This document shows, piece by piece, positions 45,672 to 57,145 of a stretch of 64,000 nt of DNA (position 1 is the first letter of the stretch; the number at the start of each line of letters is the position of its first letter). Source of the stretch: Candidatus Azambacteria bacterium (GTDB lineage: Bacteria; Patescibacteriota; Minisyncoccia; UBA10092); contig DMPO01000001.1 in NCBI GenBank assembly GCA_003455995.1, positions 14,945 through 78,944 on the forward strand, read 5' to 3'. Below the pieces are notes generated by a model. That model was not told where the DNA came from and made no database searches. It worked only from the letters and a program-made list of their open reading frames with translations. The translations under genes were made by a program, and so were the position numbers.

Positions 45672-46391
45672 CTACGAGCCATATTTTTCTTTAATTTTCC
45701 GAATAATTTCTTTTTCATGCTCCTGGAGAGCACTTACCACCTCATCGACTGCCCGTGCCGGCTCCTTGTCGTAATTTGAATAAATAGTTGAAGAAAAATT
45801 AAGTTTTAAATAAAAGAGATCAATCGTACTTTGTATGATTTTAAACAATGTCCTGATTTGTATCCCAGTAATTTTAACATCATCTTTTTTTAAGTCATTG
45901 TGAACTAAATACTGATCTCTATATGTTTTTAAATCACTAATAAGTTCTTTGTTTCTTAGCAGTCGGTTGCGGATTCTTCTTATATCTTGAAGAGTAAATG
46001 GCTTATAACCCTCAAGAAGTGCTGGAATAAAGTTTTTTTCAATATGGTGTGCTAAAAACTCGTTTTTAGAAAATGAAGAAAAATTGTTTTCAACAAAATC
46101 TAACAATAACTCTATGGTTAATGATTGTTTTTTCTTATTTTTATCAAAAAACTTTGCTAACTCAACAAAGAAATAACAACGGGCGGCTTCTTGCAGCGGT
46201 GAAAAGAAATATGGGTACTTGCCGAATATTTTAACATTTGCATCTGCGTTCTTTTTCCCAACTACATTGGGTGCGGTAAGTTTTCTAAATCTCTCGTAAA
46301 TTCTAAGAGCAGCGAGAGTATTTAAGTATTGATCCCTCAAGTCCCCAGTCCATTTAAGCGCTTTTGCAAAGTTATTCTGATGAGAATACAT
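45672..46391 (-). CDS. Hypothetical protein with HEPN-like Rx4-6H motif
   Basis: YRDQYLVHND contains R-x5-H; lies immediately downstream of the DUF262/DUF1524 nuclease gene; 239 aa. Confidence 0.35.
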   Translation of the reverse strand: MYSHQNNFAKALKWTGDLRDQYLNTLAALRIYERFRKLTAPNVVGKKNADANVKIFGKYPYFFSPLQEAARCYFFVELAKFFDKNKKKQSLTIELLLDFVENNFSSFSKNEFLAHHIEKNFIPALLEGYKPFTLQDIRRIRNRLLRNKELISDLKTYRDQYLVHNDLKKDDVKITGIQIRTLFKIIQSTIDLFYLKLNFSSTIYSNYDKEPARAVDEVVSALQEHEKEIIRKIKEKYGS

Positions 46392-46459
46392 AGTTTAAAA
46401 ATTAAAGCTCCTCGAACTTTGATTCTATCTTAACTATATTCGCACCCACTTTAAGCCCG

Positions 46460-48112
46460 CTACTTTCCGGCTTGTAAATCATTGAAAATTTCTTTGAAAA
46501 TCAGGAATCGTTTGTGTAAAAAAGTATTAAATCTACTTCGTATCTTATTTAATTTCTTCTTCTTCTTTTTTCTTATTAGAAACGGACGGTCAAATTGTTC
46601 CAGGTTTTTCAAATCCTTGAAAGGCAGCAGTTCAGATTTTAAATAGTTGTTAATTTTTTCTATACTTATATTTCCATAAAATTCAATTTCAGATTTAAGC
46701 CATTTAGATGGAACTTCCTTACCTTTGCGGATATTTTGGTCCTTGTTAAGATAATGCAGATTTAATATATTATTTACCTCGCTACCAAGCACCCCCTTCT
46801 TATACAAATCAAATGGATAAAAATGGTCATCCTCCGGACTGTGTTGCTTTGTTTCTACATCTATTCGGTTGGTAGGATTGCCATCAATATAGACCGGATG
46901 CTGTTTCCATAAAGCTAATTTGACGATATTCCTTACAGAAGACCTTCCGGCTTTTATATCTGTTGTATCGAAAAATGATTTCACTATGTCAACTTTCTTT
47001 ATAGTAAGATTTGTTTCTTCTATTGCCAGTCGCTTCATTTCTATAGCATCCGGACCAATATTTCTATTATAACCAGAACCAATATATCTATTAGAAAGAG
47101 ATGCTCTCCAAAACCATTTTTTAAGTTCTGTTTGCTGTTTTGAGGTAGGCTTGTTATTAAAATAAAAGAATATACTTAACACAGTTAACAAAGTCTGAGA
47201 CGGTAGTTCACTTACTGAAATAATTCCATATTCTCCTTTTAGATACTGCATTGCATTAGATACGGCTTTGATACCATCATCGAATATCTTATTGTATTTT
47301 TTAGCATCCGCTTCCTCACGAACGGCTTGAGCAATTTTCTTCAGTGCTTTGATATCTATCTCTATAACACCTTTATCCTTTTTATTACCCATCTGCAACT
47401 GGCAAACAAGGGCGAAAACATGAATAAATGTTACCGTATTTATATCCCGAGTCAGGGATTCTCTGTTATGTCTTTTCCAAACTCTAAGCATTCTTTCAAA
47501 ATCAGTATGCTTGGTCCATGTTTCGGACAAGAAAATTGATTCCGTTGCTATCCTTGTCCCTGCTTGATTTATTCTTTCAAAAATCTCAATAGCATTTTTA
47601 TAATTATCTAAAGAAATAATAACCACCGGAAACATATAAGATCTCCCGATTAGATTAAGCAGTTTCTTAAATTTAATATCTCTAAAAACACGTTTATCAT
47701 AATCAAGAAAATATCCCTCCTCATTTTTATTAATGAAAAATTTATCAAAATCTATCAATTGGCTATAGCGAGTATCGCAAATATCATGAAAACTATCCCT
47801 AACTTGATGCTGTGAAAATACCTTTTGCCTTGCCAAATAATAAAGAGATAGAAGCCTTTGCTGACCATCTAATACAAGAAATCTTTTAGCCGGCACGTTA
47901 TCCCCATCAATGGTTCGAGCATCAATTTTTTGACCAGTTTCCCACAATACAAGGCTGCCAATAGGATATTTTTTTCTAAGACTATCGAATAGTTTCTTAA
48001 CTTGGGGAATTTTCCAAACATAACCTCGCTGAAATTCCGGAACGGCTACATGGTTTCTTTCAATAAATGAAATTAGCGTTTTTAGATTAAATTTATATAC
48101 TTTTGTAGACAT
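46460..48112 (-). CDS. DUF262/DUF1524 (GmrSD-like) nuclease
   Basis: N-terminal ParB/DUF262 motifs FQRGYVW and DGQQRL; C-terminal DUF1524/HNH-like region (DDHFYPF ... NILNLHYLNKDQNIRKGKEVPSKW). Confidence 0.65.
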   Translation of the reverse strand: MSTKVYKFNLKTLISFIERNHVAVPEFQRGYVWKIPQVKKLFDSLRKKYPIGSLVLWETGQKIDARTIDGDNVPAKRFLVLDGQQRLLSLYYLARQKVFSQHQVRDSFHDICDTRYSQLIDFDKFFINKNEEGYFLDYDKRVFRDIKFKKLLNLIGRSYMFPVVIISLDNYKNAIEIFERINQAGTRIATESIFLSETWTKHTDFERMLRVWKRHNRESLTRDINTVTFIHVFALVCQLQMGNKKDKGVIEIDIKALKKIAQAVREEADAKKYNKIFDDGIKAVSNAMQYLKGEYGIISVSELPSQTLLTVLSIFFYFNNKPTSKQQTELKKWFWRASLSNRYIGSGYNRNIGPDAIEMKRLAIEETNLTIKKVDIVKSFFDTTDIKAGRSSVRNIVKLALWKQHPVYIDGNPTNRIDVETKQHSPEDDHFYPFDLYKKGVLGSEVNNILNLHYLNKDQNIRKGKEVPSKWLKSEIEFYGNISIEKINNYLKSELLPFKDLKNLEQFDRPFLIRKKKKKKLNKIRSRFNTFLHKRFLIFKEIFNDLQAGK

Positions 48113-48131
48113 TTTTTATCAAGCAATGATA

Positions 48132-50930
48132 TTACCATTCAAACATCTCAACTATGTTTTCAATGGCGTTTTTAATGCGATCAATGATTCCCTGTCGTTC
48201 TTTGATTCGAGGCGCCTCCGGTAATAAATCGACAATATCTTGTCCGTTAGGCGGTTTTTGCGCGTACAGGTATTCACCGATCAGATGTTCAAACTTTTCA
48301 ATCGGGATATTTTCAGTTTGAGCGATAATCTTCAAACTCTCGGAACGTTCACTTGCCCAAAATTCACTAAACGCTTTTTCAACATCGTCTGACCTGCCAA
48401 TTTTGGGCAAATTTTCTTCAATGAATTTCTTGATTAAATCTTTCTTCTTACGAAGTTTGACATCCCTATCAAATAGACGCAAAATTTCTTCCGTTTTCTT
48501 TTTACGGACCACATCGGAGCTAATATTTTTAAGACCGGCAATGAGTTGGATAATATAGTCAAAGTTAATAATATCCCGAACGGTCAGTTCAATTTCAAAG
48601 TCAATTTGGTCCAAAATAGATTCAATTTCGCTATTATTATTTTTACGATCCTCATAAACATCCAAGTATTTGCTTTGATAATCATAAAATTCCTGCTCCG
48701 TTATTCCAATGTCATTAAAAGAAAATTCTGCGAATGTCTCGAGCGACGATTTGATACGAAGTAAATCACGAAATATCTTTACAAATTCCGCTTTTTCTTC
48801 TTCTCCTTGCAACCCATCGACACTAGAAACAGTCGGCACCTTTTCTCGTAATTCCGCCAGTTTATCTTCAAATTCTTTTTTCTGGACTTCATACGGTTTT
48901 TTAAACACAACATCTTTGGCGTTTTCATCACCAAAAAGCGCCAATGCTTTATCGGTTGCTTCTTTTAAGTTTCTAAATGAAACAATATTGCCGTGAGGTT
49001 TGTCAGAATTTAAAAGCCGATTTGTTCGTGAATATGCTTGAATCAATCCGTGATATCGCAAATTTTTATCCACATACAGCGTATTGAGCCGTGGACTATC
49101 AAACCCCGTCAAAAACATATTAACCACCAAAACGAGATCGACTTCCTTATTCTTTATTCTCTTCTGCAAATCCCGGTAATAATCATAGAAACGATCAGTT
49201 GAAAAGTTTGTTGAATATCGTTTGTTGTAATCCTTTATACAGTCCTCTAAGTAATCTCTTGAATGTTGATTGACAACTGCCCCCTCGTCGTCAAAGACAT
49301 CAACATCAAGTATGTCGGAGCTCTCGTCTTCGTTCGCTTTATAGGTAAAAATTGTCGCAATAGAAAAATCTTCCGCTTTCTTATCCTTGAGTAATTTATA
49401 ATACTTTTTTAATACCTCAATAGATGAAACGGCAAATAATGCATTAAACTTTCCCTGTTTTGTTTTTCGTTTCCAGTCCGCCAGTATATAATCCGTAATT
49501 TTATTCAACCGGTCGGCGCTTTCAAGCACTTCTTGGGTATTAATGCCTTCAATCATAACATCGGCAAAAATATCTGCGTCTAATGTATCCGGATCTTTTT
49601 GCGTGTATTTCCCAACATATTCAACAGCAAAACCAAGCACATTATTATCTGAAATCGCATCGGTAATAATATACTTATGCAAACATTCGCCAAAGACATC
49701 AACGGTCGTTACTCCTCCCACATTATTATCAGCAAAGATTGGCGTTCCGGTGAAGCCAAACAATTGAGCTTTTTTAAAGAATCCTTTTATCCGAGCATGT
49801 GTCTGCCCAAATTGACTTCTGTGACATTCATCAAAAATCACAACCACTTTTTCATTGGCTAAATATTCAAAATGCTTGAGATGAGATTCTCTCCCGATAG
49901 CGATATCAAGCTTTTGAATTGTAGTAACGATAAGTTTTCTATTTTTATCTTCAAGTTGCTTCACAAGACTATGCGTGTTATCAGTGCCATCCACCGCCCC
50001 TTCGGAAAAGGAGTTGAACTCTTTTGTTGTTTGAATATCCAAGTCCTTTCTATCCACCACAAAAAGCACCTTTTTAACTTCAGGCATTCGTGAAAGTACT
50101 TGACTTGTTTTGTATGAAGTTAATGTTTTGCCTGATCCTGTGGTGTGCCAAATATAGCCATTTTTATCAGATTCACGCACTCGGTCCTCAATCGCTCTTA
50201 CTGCATAATATTGATATGGGCGAAGGGTCATCGGGATTTGCGTTGCTTCAGCCAATACAATATATTCAGCAATCATTTCTGATAGAGCGCATTTTTCCAG
50301 AAATGCATCGGCAAACTCATCTATCTTGGTAATTTTTCTATTCTTCACATCCGTCCAGTAGAAAGTTTGTTCAAATGATTGTTTTGGATTATTTGAAAAA
50401 TATTTTGTATTTACTCCGTTTGAAATCACAAATATTTGGATATATTCAAACAGTGTTCCCGTAAATGAGTGTTTGTGATAGCGCTGGATTTGGTTAAAGG
50501 CCTCTTTGAGTTCCATACCTCGGCGCTTAAGTTCAATTTGCACCAATGGCAAGCCATTCACCAACAAAGTCACGTCATAGCGATTTTCATAGCGTCCGGC
50601 TTGAGTAATTTGCTGCGCAACTTGATATTCATTTTTGCACCACTGATCCATATTGAAAAACCGCACATAGAAAATGCTCTCATCATCACGAGTCAGGACA
50701 AGGCGATCACGCAAGGTCTTGGCTTTTTGAAAACGGTCGCTTTTGTTTATGTGATTCAATATGCGAATAAACTCATCATCAGAAAAAGTTGTTTGATTGA
50801 ATTTTTCAAGCTGTCCTCGCAGGTTCGCAACCATCGCAGCGGCGTCTTCCAAGACAACCGAAGAAAAACCCAACCGCCCAAGCTGTTCAATCAAGGTCTT
50901 TTCAAGTTGTTGCTCACTTTGGTGGGTCAT
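48132..50930 (-). CDS. hsdR: Type I restriction enzyme R subunit (HsdR)
   Basis: SF2 helicase motifs TGSGKT and DECHRS, an N-terminal PD-(D/E)xK nuclease region and the HsdR C-terminal domain; 932 aa. Confidence 0.9.
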   Translation of the reverse strand: MTHQSEQQLEKTLIEQLGRLGFSSVVLEDAAAMVANLRGQLEKFNQTTFSDDEFIRILNHINKSDRFQKAKTLRDRLVLTRDDESIFYVRFFNMDQWCKNEYQVAQQITQAGRYENRYDVTLLVNGLPLVQIELKRRGMELKEAFNQIQRYHKHSFTGTLFEYIQIFVISNGVNTKYFSNNPKQSFEQTFYWTDVKNRKITKIDEFADAFLEKCALSEMIAEYIVLAEATQIPMTLRPYQYYAVRAIEDRVRESDKNGYIWHTTGSGKTLTSYKTSQVLSRMPEVKKVLFVVDRKDLDIQTTKEFNSFSEGAVDGTDNTHSLVKQLEDKNRKLIVTTIQKLDIAIGRESHLKHFEYLANEKVVVIFDECHRSQFGQTHARIKGFFKKAQLFGFTGTPIFADNNVGGVTTVDVFGECLHKYIITDAISDNNVLGFAVEYVGKYTQKDPDTLDADIFADVMIEGINTQEVLESADRLNKITDYILADWKRKTKQGKFNALFAVSSIEVLKKYYKLLKDKKAEDFSIATIFTYKANEDESSDILDVDVFDDEGAVVNQHSRDYLEDCIKDYNKRYSTNFSTDRFYDYYRDLQKRIKNKEVDLVLVVNMFLTGFDSPRLNTLYVDKNLRYHGLIQAYSRTNRLLNSDKPHGNIVSFRNLKEATDKALALFGDENAKDVVFKKPYEVQKKEFEDKLAELREKVPTVSSVDGLQGEEEKAEFVKIFRDLLRIKSSLETFAEFSFNDIGITEQEFYDYQSKYLDVYEDRKNNNSEIESILDQIDFEIELTVRDIINFDYIIQLIAGLKNISSDVVRKKKTEEILRLFDRDVKLRKKKDLIKKFIEENLPKIGRSDDVEKAFSEFWASERSESLKIIAQTENIPIEKFEHLIGEYLYAQKPPNGQDIVDLLPEAPRIKERQGIIDRIKNAIENIVEMFEW

Positions 50931-50931
50931 A

Positions 50932-52800
50932 TTATTTTTTTATAAACGGTTGAATCGATCCATTAATAAAACTTTTCAACATAAGAGACCTTGGTGTTTT
51001 TTTGTTTTCAAACTTTTTTTCTATTTCTTTAATCCCACTTTTTAACCTTTTCTTTAATTTTTTGAGAAATGGGATTTCCTGCTCAATGCCATTTATTTGA
51101 GTCCTTAAATTTTCATACCTATCTTTAAAAGTTTTCTGTAATATATGTAACATAATTGGCCTACCTTTGATTAATATTTTTGCTATTTCTTCTACATCAA
51201 AATATTGAAAATAAGCATCTCCATTTCCTGTATTATGCAAAAAATTATAATTTATTAATAAATCTAAGCTCTGTTCAGTGTTTTTTTCTCCCTTTAAGAT
51301 AGGCATCAATTCGTTTTTAATCTTTTCTTTGATGAATATTTCTTTATGGCTCTTTATCTTTTCATTAATTAATTCAATCAATTTTCCCCACTCTTCATTT
51401 TCCATTCCAAAATATTCAAGCCCATAAGTACTTTTTCTCCAACTAAAACCCCACTCCTGTTCGCATAACTTTAAAGGAAATTTCTTTTCTTTAATTAATA
51501 ACTCGATGTATTCTTTGCCCTCTTTAAAAATATCTTTTTTGTCTTTCTTCAATAAACCTTCTTTAGAAAAATTCAAAAAAATTCCAAAAACATGTAACAC
51601 CACATAAAAATCATCATAGTCTCTATTTTCCCACTTTTTTTGTACATCTTTTAAGTTACTAAAAAAATCCTCATCGCTGTGATCATAGCGATGCCAAAGT
51701 TTTTGCCATGATTCTTTGTTTACACCAATAAGATTTTCAAAATTACCAACTAATTCTCCATTTTCTTTTTCTGATAAATTAATTCCTTGTAAAATTTTTC
51801 CTAATATATTCACATCAAAACAAGTGACCCAATGAGACAGTCCTTCGTCATATTTATCTAAAAAGTGGTCCTTATTTTTGTCATCTAATCCTTTAAAAAA
51901 TTGGGGATACTTTTTAAAAAAATCTTCACTTTTTATATTACCTCTCTTGTATTCAATAAAAATGACAACAAATTCATAGAACATTTTTTCAAACAATTCA
52001 ACATTTTCTTTTACCTTGCTTGAAAAACTTTTAAAGAAATACTCAAAGCTAGATAACGCTTGCTGTATTAATCTTAAATTATCATATTTAGACTGGGTAA
52101 AGATTTTTGAAAGTAATTTTTTTATATTTTCAGAATAATTTATTAAATCATCGCCCATCACCCCCTCGGTAAACAAAGTTATTGCCTCCTCCTGTGAAGG
52201 ATTAATGCAAAATTCTTTCCCAATCAATTTTTCTTTAATTTTTCTATATTTATCACCACTCTTAGACTCTAGAAGATCTTCTTCATTCGCAACTAAAATA
52301 ACCTTTTGATTTTTAAATTCAACGAAATTATTTATATACCCGAGTAATTTATCAATTTCAATATTACATCTTTCAAGATCATCAAAAACAAAAACACAGC
52401 CCTTACTTTTCTTTAAGAAAATATCCACCAACAACTCATCAGCGTCAGAAGGAACCCAGTCTCTAATTTTTGGTATTTTTTTAATGTTTCTGAGTATGCT
52501 ACTTGCAAAAATATTATATTTTTCTGGGACAAAAGGAATCAGTTCAATGATTATTTTTTCTTTTATCCCGTTAAAACTATCAACACCATACAAGCTAATA
52601 TGTAAAATCTTTTTTTCTTTTTTTATATCAATGTAGTTCTTAATAAAATAAGTTTTCCCGCAACCCCACTTTCCTTTTAATAAGACAGCAAATGGAAGAT
52701 TATTTTCGAAATCACAATAATAATCCAAATATTCTTCTATATGTTTGTTTATTATCATTGTATTTATACAAACAACCCCTGCATCAAGCCCCTTTTCCAT
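50932..52800 (-). CDS. KAP-family P-loop NTPase embedded in the hsd operon
   Basis: Walker [14 protein letters not shown] and Walker [11 protein letters not shown] fit the KAP pattern. Overlaps the hsdS 3' end by 37 nt (or starts at the alternative M15, 52758) and ends 2 nt before hsdR. Confidence 0.65.
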   Translation of the reverse strand: MEKGLDAGVVCINTMIINKHIEEYLDYYCDFENNLPFAVLLKGKWGCGKTYFIKNYIDIKKEKKILHISLYGVDSFNGIKEKIIIELIPFVPEKYNIFASSILRNIKKIPKIRDWVPSDADELLVDIFLKKSKGCVFVFDDLERCNIEIDKLLGYINNFVEFKNQKVILVANEEDLLESKSGDKYRKIKEKLIGKEFCINPSQEEAITLFTEGVMGDDLINYSENIKKLLSKIFTQSKYDNLRLIQQALSSFEYFFKSFSSKVKENVELFEKMFYEFVVIFIEYKRGNIKSEDFFKKYPQFFKGLDDKNKDHFLDKYDEGLSHWVTCFDVNILGKILQGINLSEKENGELVGNFENLIGVNKESWQKLWHRYDHSDEDFFSNLKDVQKKWENRDYDDFYVVLHVFGIFLNFSKEGLLKKDKKDIFKEGKEYIELLIKEKKFPLKLCEQEWGFSWRKSTYGLEYFGMENEEWGKLIELINEKIKSHKEIFIKEKIKNELMPILKGEKNTEQSLDLLINYNFLHNTGNGDAYFQYFDVEEIAKILIKGRPIMLHILQKTFKDRYENLRTQINGIEQEIPFLKKLKKRLKSGIKEIEKKFENKKTPRSLMLKSFINGSIQPFIKK

Positions 52801-53984
52801 TGCTCGGCTTGGACGATTTGTTGTTGTTTTGATTCTATTATTTTATCTATTGAAGTTAAAAATCCCGCAATTTTTTGCTGTTCTAAGAATAAGGGGACCG
52901 GCACAAAAAAATTCTTTACAATTTTAGCATTCAAGTTTCCTTGCGTGCCGGTTTCAATGAAGCTATGCACTAACTTTTTATAAAAAAATAAATAATAATA
53001 TAAATATTCTAAATTAATAATTTTACTATTTGGTATTAAATTGATCATTGCCTGAGATGTTGCAAGAGGTATTTGGTTTATAGCAACAAACCCGACGCTT
53101 GCATACATTGAATATATGAGTGAACCCTTTGGCACAATCCATGCTGATGAATTTTTTAGACCCTCTTCACTTATACTTTTCTCAGTTTGCAATATATATT
53201 TTCCACTCTTTGTCATGTCGGCAATCGAAAGAAATGGGATACTGCCATCATAGTATTCTTTCTTTGTTGAGGTTGGCGTTCCTCCACTCTTTGCCTTATC
53301 ACAAATTTCCCCCAGTTTCTTCTCCTCCCACTTCGGGAACTCCTTTCCATCCTCATCCTTGAAACGGATTTCTTGTGCAAAGATTTTTTGCATCATTCCT
53401 TTTTTGTAAGATTCAAAAGATTCTTTTTGCGCCTGCAGATTTTCAATCCACGCATCCGTTGATCTTAAAAAATCAGAAATTTTTTGTTGCTCTGGAATGG
53501 ATGGAAAAATAACCGGGCATCTTAAAACTTCATCTTTTCTTAAGTTTGTTTGACTTACGCCATTATCAAATTTTAAAAAATATTTATTTCGATTTAATAT
53601 TCTAATCAAAAAGGGACTTACAATTTCTTTTGATTTAATTCCACCAATTCTTTGATTGAGTGTATAAGTATTATCCTCATTAACTAAAAAGCACTTACTT
53701 ATTGCCTTACCATTCGGAATATCACTCATAACAATAGCAATGTCGTCTTTTTTAAGTGAGGATATCTGTTTATCTGAATATTTTTTAACCTCGCCATTTT
53801 GTGAAATAAATTTTGAATTTACAACAATATATTTTCCATATTCTGAAATATCTTGCTCGTGAGCTTTTCCATTCCAAAATTTAGAAACCTCCCCCAACTT
53901 ATTCTCCTCCCACACACCAGAAAAACCTGGAAAGCGAAGTTTCGGTATTTTTTTAGTTTCTAATTGTACAGCTTTACTTGGCAT
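52764..53984 (-). CDS. hsdS: Type I restriction-modification specificity subunit (HsdS)
   Basis: Two target-recognition domains separated and followed by conserved coiled-coil repeats (...LPVPLFLEQQKIA ... IPEQQKISDFL...). Confidence 0.85.
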   Translation of the reverse strand: MPSKAVQLETKKIPKLRFPGFSGVWEENKLGEVSKFWNGKAHEQDISEYGKYIVVNSKFISQNGEVKKYSDKQISSLKKDDIAIVMSDIPNGKAISKCFLVNEDNTYTLNQRIGGIKSKEIVSPFLIRILNRNKYFLKFDNGVSQTNLRKDEVLRCPVIFPSIPEQQKISDFLRSTDAWIENLQAQKESFESYKKGMMQKIFAQEIRFKDEDGKEFPKWEEKKLGEICDKAKSGGTPTSTKKEYYDGSIPFLSIADMTKSGKYILQTEKSISEEGLKNSSAWIVPKGSLIYSMYASVGFVAINQIPLATSQAMINLIPNSKIINLEYLYYYLFFYKKLVHSFIETGTQGNLNAKIVKNFFVPVPLFLEQQKIAGFLTSIDKIIESKQQQIVQAEQWKRGLMQGLFV

Positions 53985-53986
53985 AA

Positions 53987-55564
53987 CTAAAATGGTTTAT
54001 TGATTTTCAATTCATTGCAAAATTTTTCAATCTTGTTTTTCAGACCGAGCTCGTTTGCGTGCAATTCTTTCAACCTCTTTGAAACCTCTTTAATATCCAC
54101 TGCTACTTCTTCCTCAACTGTGTCCACATAGCGTGGGATATTTAGATTGTATTCATTTTCTTTGATTTCTTTTATGCTTGCTCTGTGTGAATATTTTTCT
54201 ATTTCTTTGCGACTTTTATAGGTATTAAAAATCTTCTCAATATTTTCATTGGTGAGTTTGTTTTTATTACCAATCTTTTCAAAGCCTTTGGAGGCATCTA
54301 TAAACAGAATGTCTTCATCATCTTTGCGACATTTTTTAAAAATAAGAACTGTTGCTGGAATAGCTGCCCCATAAAAAAGATTCGAAGGAAGTCCAATGAC
54401 TGCATCAAGATAATTTTGCTTTTCTATGATGTATTTTCTAATATGGCCTTCGGCGCCGGACCGGAAAAGCGCCCCATGAGGCAATACAATAGCCATAGTG
54501 CCATTATCGCCGAGGTGATAGAGCATATGAGTTACAAAGGCATAATCAGCTTTATTTTTTGGAGCTAATCGCCCATATTGAGAAAATCGATCATCATGCG
54601 CTAGTTGTGGGTCGCTATTGCCTTTCCACTTTGAGGAAAAAGGTGGATTGGCGACGATTGCCTCCGCCTTAAGGTCTGCGTGCATATCCTCTCTAAGGGT
54701 ATCGCCTTGGCGTATTGAAAAACGATCAAAGCGCACTCCGTGCAAAATCATATTCATTCGGGCAAGGTTGTAGGTCGTCGGGTTGAGCTCTTGTCCATAA
54801 TATTTTACAACTTCGGTAAATTCGCCAAGACGAAGTAAAAGCGAACCAGAACCACAAGTTGCGTCATATGCTGATTTGATGCGTTTTTTATCTACAGAAA
54901 CAATTTGAGCAAGCAAGCGTGATACTTGAGCAGGAGTATAGAACTCACCACCTTTTTTACCAGCGCCGGCAGCAAATTCTCCAATCAAATATTCATAAGC
55001 ATCGCCAAGAAGATCGCTTTTGGCGTCTTCAAGCTTAAAATCAATACCATTAAGCAATGTGAGCACTTCAACAACAACTTCATTCTTTTCACTCTCACGA
55101 GAACCAAGTTTCGTGGAAGTCAGGTCCACATCATCAAACAGTCCTTTGAAGTCATCCTCACTTGCGGTTCCTGCCGAGGTTTTTTCAATAGCATTAAGAA
55201 TATTTTTAAGATCCTCCAGAATAAAAGTTTTTTGATCTTTTATTTCACCTTTTCCCTTTTTGACTAAATATGAAAAAAGCTGTGACGGTCTTAAGAAAAA
55301 ACCAAGTTCATCAATGCAAGCCTTTTCTATATGCTTCAAATAGTCCTTCCCCTCCTTTGTGTTTTCTTTTATTTCAGCAAAAGTGATTTTTTCACGAGCA
55401 AGAAGTTTTTCATTTACATATCGCTCAAGTTTTTCAGAAAGATATTTATAAAAAATAAAGCCAAGAATATAGTTTTTATATTCATCGGCATTCATTTTGC
55501 CTCGCAGCACATTAGCCACGCCCCATAACTGTCTCTCTAATATCCTTTTTTGTTCTTCTGACAT
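53987..55564 (-). CDS. hsdM: Type I restriction-modification DNA methyltransferase (HsdM, N6-adenine)
   Basis: HsdM N-terminal domain, an FxGxG-like SAM motif (DATCGSGSLL) and catalytic NPPF (VANPPFSSKW). Confidence 0.92.
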   Translation of the reverse strand: MSEEQKRILERQLWGVANVLRGKMNADEYKNYILGFIFYKYLSEKLERYVNEKLLAREKITFAEIKENTKEGKDYLKHIEKACIDELGFFLRPSQLFSYLVKKGKGEIKDQKTFILEDLKNILNAIEKTSAGTASEDDFKGLFDDVDLTSTKLGSRESEKNEVVVEVLTLLNGIDFKLEDAKSDLLGDAYEYLIGEFAAGAGKKGGEFYTPAQVSRLLAQIVSVDKKRIKSAYDATCGSGSLLLRLGEFTEVVKYYGQELNPTTYNLARMNMILHGVRFDRFSIRQGDTLREDMHADLKAEAIVANPPFSSKWKGNSDPQLAHDDRFSQYGRLAPKNKADYAFVTHMLYHLGDNGTMAIVLPHGALFRSGAEGHIRKYIIEKQNYLDAVIGLPSNLFYGAAIPATVLIFKKCRKDDEDILFIDASKGFEKIGNKNKLTNENIEKIFNTYKSRKEIEKYSHRASIKEIKENEYNLNIPRYVDTVEEEVAVDIKEVSKRLKELHANELGLKNKIEKFCNELKINKPF

Positions 55565-55568
55565 AAAA

Positions 55569-55751
55569 TTATTTTTGTTTGAGTAATTTTAATATATCAC
55601 CTCTTCTATACCGCCTGTCTTTCCTTGTACCATAGCGGATTGCCTTTAAAAACCCCGAATTATCCCATTTTCGCAGGGTATTTGGATGAAGAGCTAGAAT
55701 TGAGCAAGCTTCAGCCAGAGTTATAATTTGATCTTTTTTTGTGTCGGTCAT
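55569..55751 (-). CDS. Excisionase/MerR-type HTH (HTH_17-like) small DNA-binding protein
   Basis: LTLAEACSILALHPNTLRKWDNSGFLKAIRYG resembles the excisionase-family HTH; 60 aa. A paralogous gene lies at 58979-59155. Confidence 0.55.
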   Translation of the reverse strand: MTDTKKDQIITLAEACSILALHPNTLRKWDNSGFLKAIRYGTRKDRRYRRGDILKLLKQK

Positions 55752-55805
55752 ATATAAATCGCTTACTTACCATCACTTTACACCATCCAATAATTGAAAT
55801 CAATA

Positions 55806-55846
55806 AAAAACGGCGATCCCGTCTGTAGGACCGCCGTTTTTGTGCG
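55806..55846. terminator. Bidirectional terminator AAAAAACGGCG-N16-CGCCGTTTTT
   Basis: A perfect 7-bp GC stem flanked by A6 and T5. Confidence 0.5.
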
Positions 55847-55849
55847 ACA

Positions 55850-56407
55850 CTATCTTCTTAAGGATTGAATGGCTTCAGAGGCCTCACTTCTGGTGAGCCC
55901 ATCAACTTGTGATTCCCACCGGCTCTTTTCATCCTCGTCTGTAATATTCGTGTGTACAAGCTCAAGTAGATAGCTTTTCTGCCGGTCGGTTATAGAATCG
56001 TCTCGTTCAATCCCCGCCCCTTCATATACATTTTCAAGCCGCAAAATGTCTAAGCTCTTGCACGCTGAATTGGCTGCTGACATTAAAGCGCCGTTCAAAC
56101 AGGAGAAAATAATGCGCTCTATACCGCTATTGATTCTCGAGATAATCGATGAGCCGTGACCTATGCCCACAGGCCGGCCATCCTTGCTTAAGATGCATTG
56201 TACCGCAATAAGGCCAGGAGTCTTTAAGGTTGACAGGGTTCCAGTATCTTCGGAGAAAGTGGCGCTAAGATTATAGGTTCCACAAAGCTTTCTTACTTCC
56301 TGGCGGATTGGATGACTCTCGGACTGCGTGTCGAGCGTCTTCTCCATCGCCACCCTTACCGGATGTGGTTGAAAAGTAGCTATCGCCTGACTTTTGTAAT
56401 TGTTCAT
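55850..56407 (-). CDS. Hypothetical protein
   Basis: A 185-aa ORF with no recognisable motif; co-directional with the downstream small genes. Confidence 0.4.
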   Translation of the reverse strand: MNNYKSQAIATFQPHPVRVAMEKTLDTQSESHPIRQEVRKLCGTYNLSATFSEDTGTLSTLKTPGLIAVQCILSKDGRPVGIGHGSSIISRINSGIERIIFSCLNGALMSAANSACKSLDILRLENVYEGAGIERDDSITDRQKSYLLELVHTNITDEDEKSRWESQVDGLTRSEASEAIQSLRR

Positions 56408-56412
56408 GGTTT

Positions 56413-56610
56413 TTAGATTTTGTTAATTGTGATGAAATTGTCCGAATATTCGACCTCAACTTTACTGCCGACGGTAAACCCGGATTCGAGAAGGAACCTA
56501 TTAGCAATTCTAAGCATCGGCTTTTGCTTATCATCGCCGGGAGCCTCTAATATGGTCATTTCTCTTTTCGGACCATAACTTAATCTCATGATTAATTTAG
56601 CTTCGTTCAT
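56413..56610 (-). CDS. SymE/AbrB-fold (SpoVT-AbrB swapped-hairpin) small protein, toxin- or DNA-binding-like
   Basis: PMLRIANRFLLESGFTVGSKVEVEYSDNFITI matches the SymE pattern (l-lkG-WLeeaGF--G--v-V-v--g-ivI); 65 aa. Confidence 0.4.
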   Translation of the reverse strand: MNEAKLIMRLSYGPKREMTILEAPGDDKQKPMLRIANRFLLESGFTVGSKVEVEYSDNFITINKI

Positions 56611-56951
56611 AATTTTCGTTTTTCTACTTGTTTACAATAGAAAAGGCAAACACCTCTTTTGATTTTCTTAATAATGTTTCCTACTGGGTCTTTTACCTCG
56701 ACGAAAGTAATTGACCGAATGGCTTTTTCTCCCTTTTTTACTCGATACCCAAGCTTCCACCATTGGGCGAAAGTAAGGGCATTATTATACGGGTCATACT
56801 TCTTCACTTCTTCATGACCCCAGCGCTTTTCTATCTGTTTGGCTACCAGGTCATAGGTAACCGAAGACCCTGTATAGGGAGATATACGGGGAGGAACACT
56901 CATAATTTCATTTACACTTTGCATATACGGCTTGATTATCACTAACGCCAA
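56607..56951 (-). CDS. Hypothetical protein
   Basis: A 114-aa ORF whose stop overlaps the SymE-like gene start (4-nt overlap). Confidence 0.4.
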   Translation of the reverse strand: MALVIIKPYMQSVNEIMSVPPRISPYTGSSVTYDLVAKQIEKRWGHEEVKKYDPYNNALTFAQWWKLGYRVKKGEKAIRSITFVEVKDPVGNIIKKIKRGVCLFYCKQVEKRKL

Positions 56952-57145
56952 AATACGCTCGACTAGGCATATTAATGAAGAATTTGGCTAATTAATTATT
57001 TTTCTTCATCAATAATCAAGTGGTGTGAATTAAGGTTTGGGGGGTGATTCGATAGTTTAAAATAGAGGCTATGGATGTTATAAAAGGGAACCCGGAGACG
57101 GTTTTTCTTGATGGGGGGGCATTTTTGGATTCTTTTTGGGCTTTA

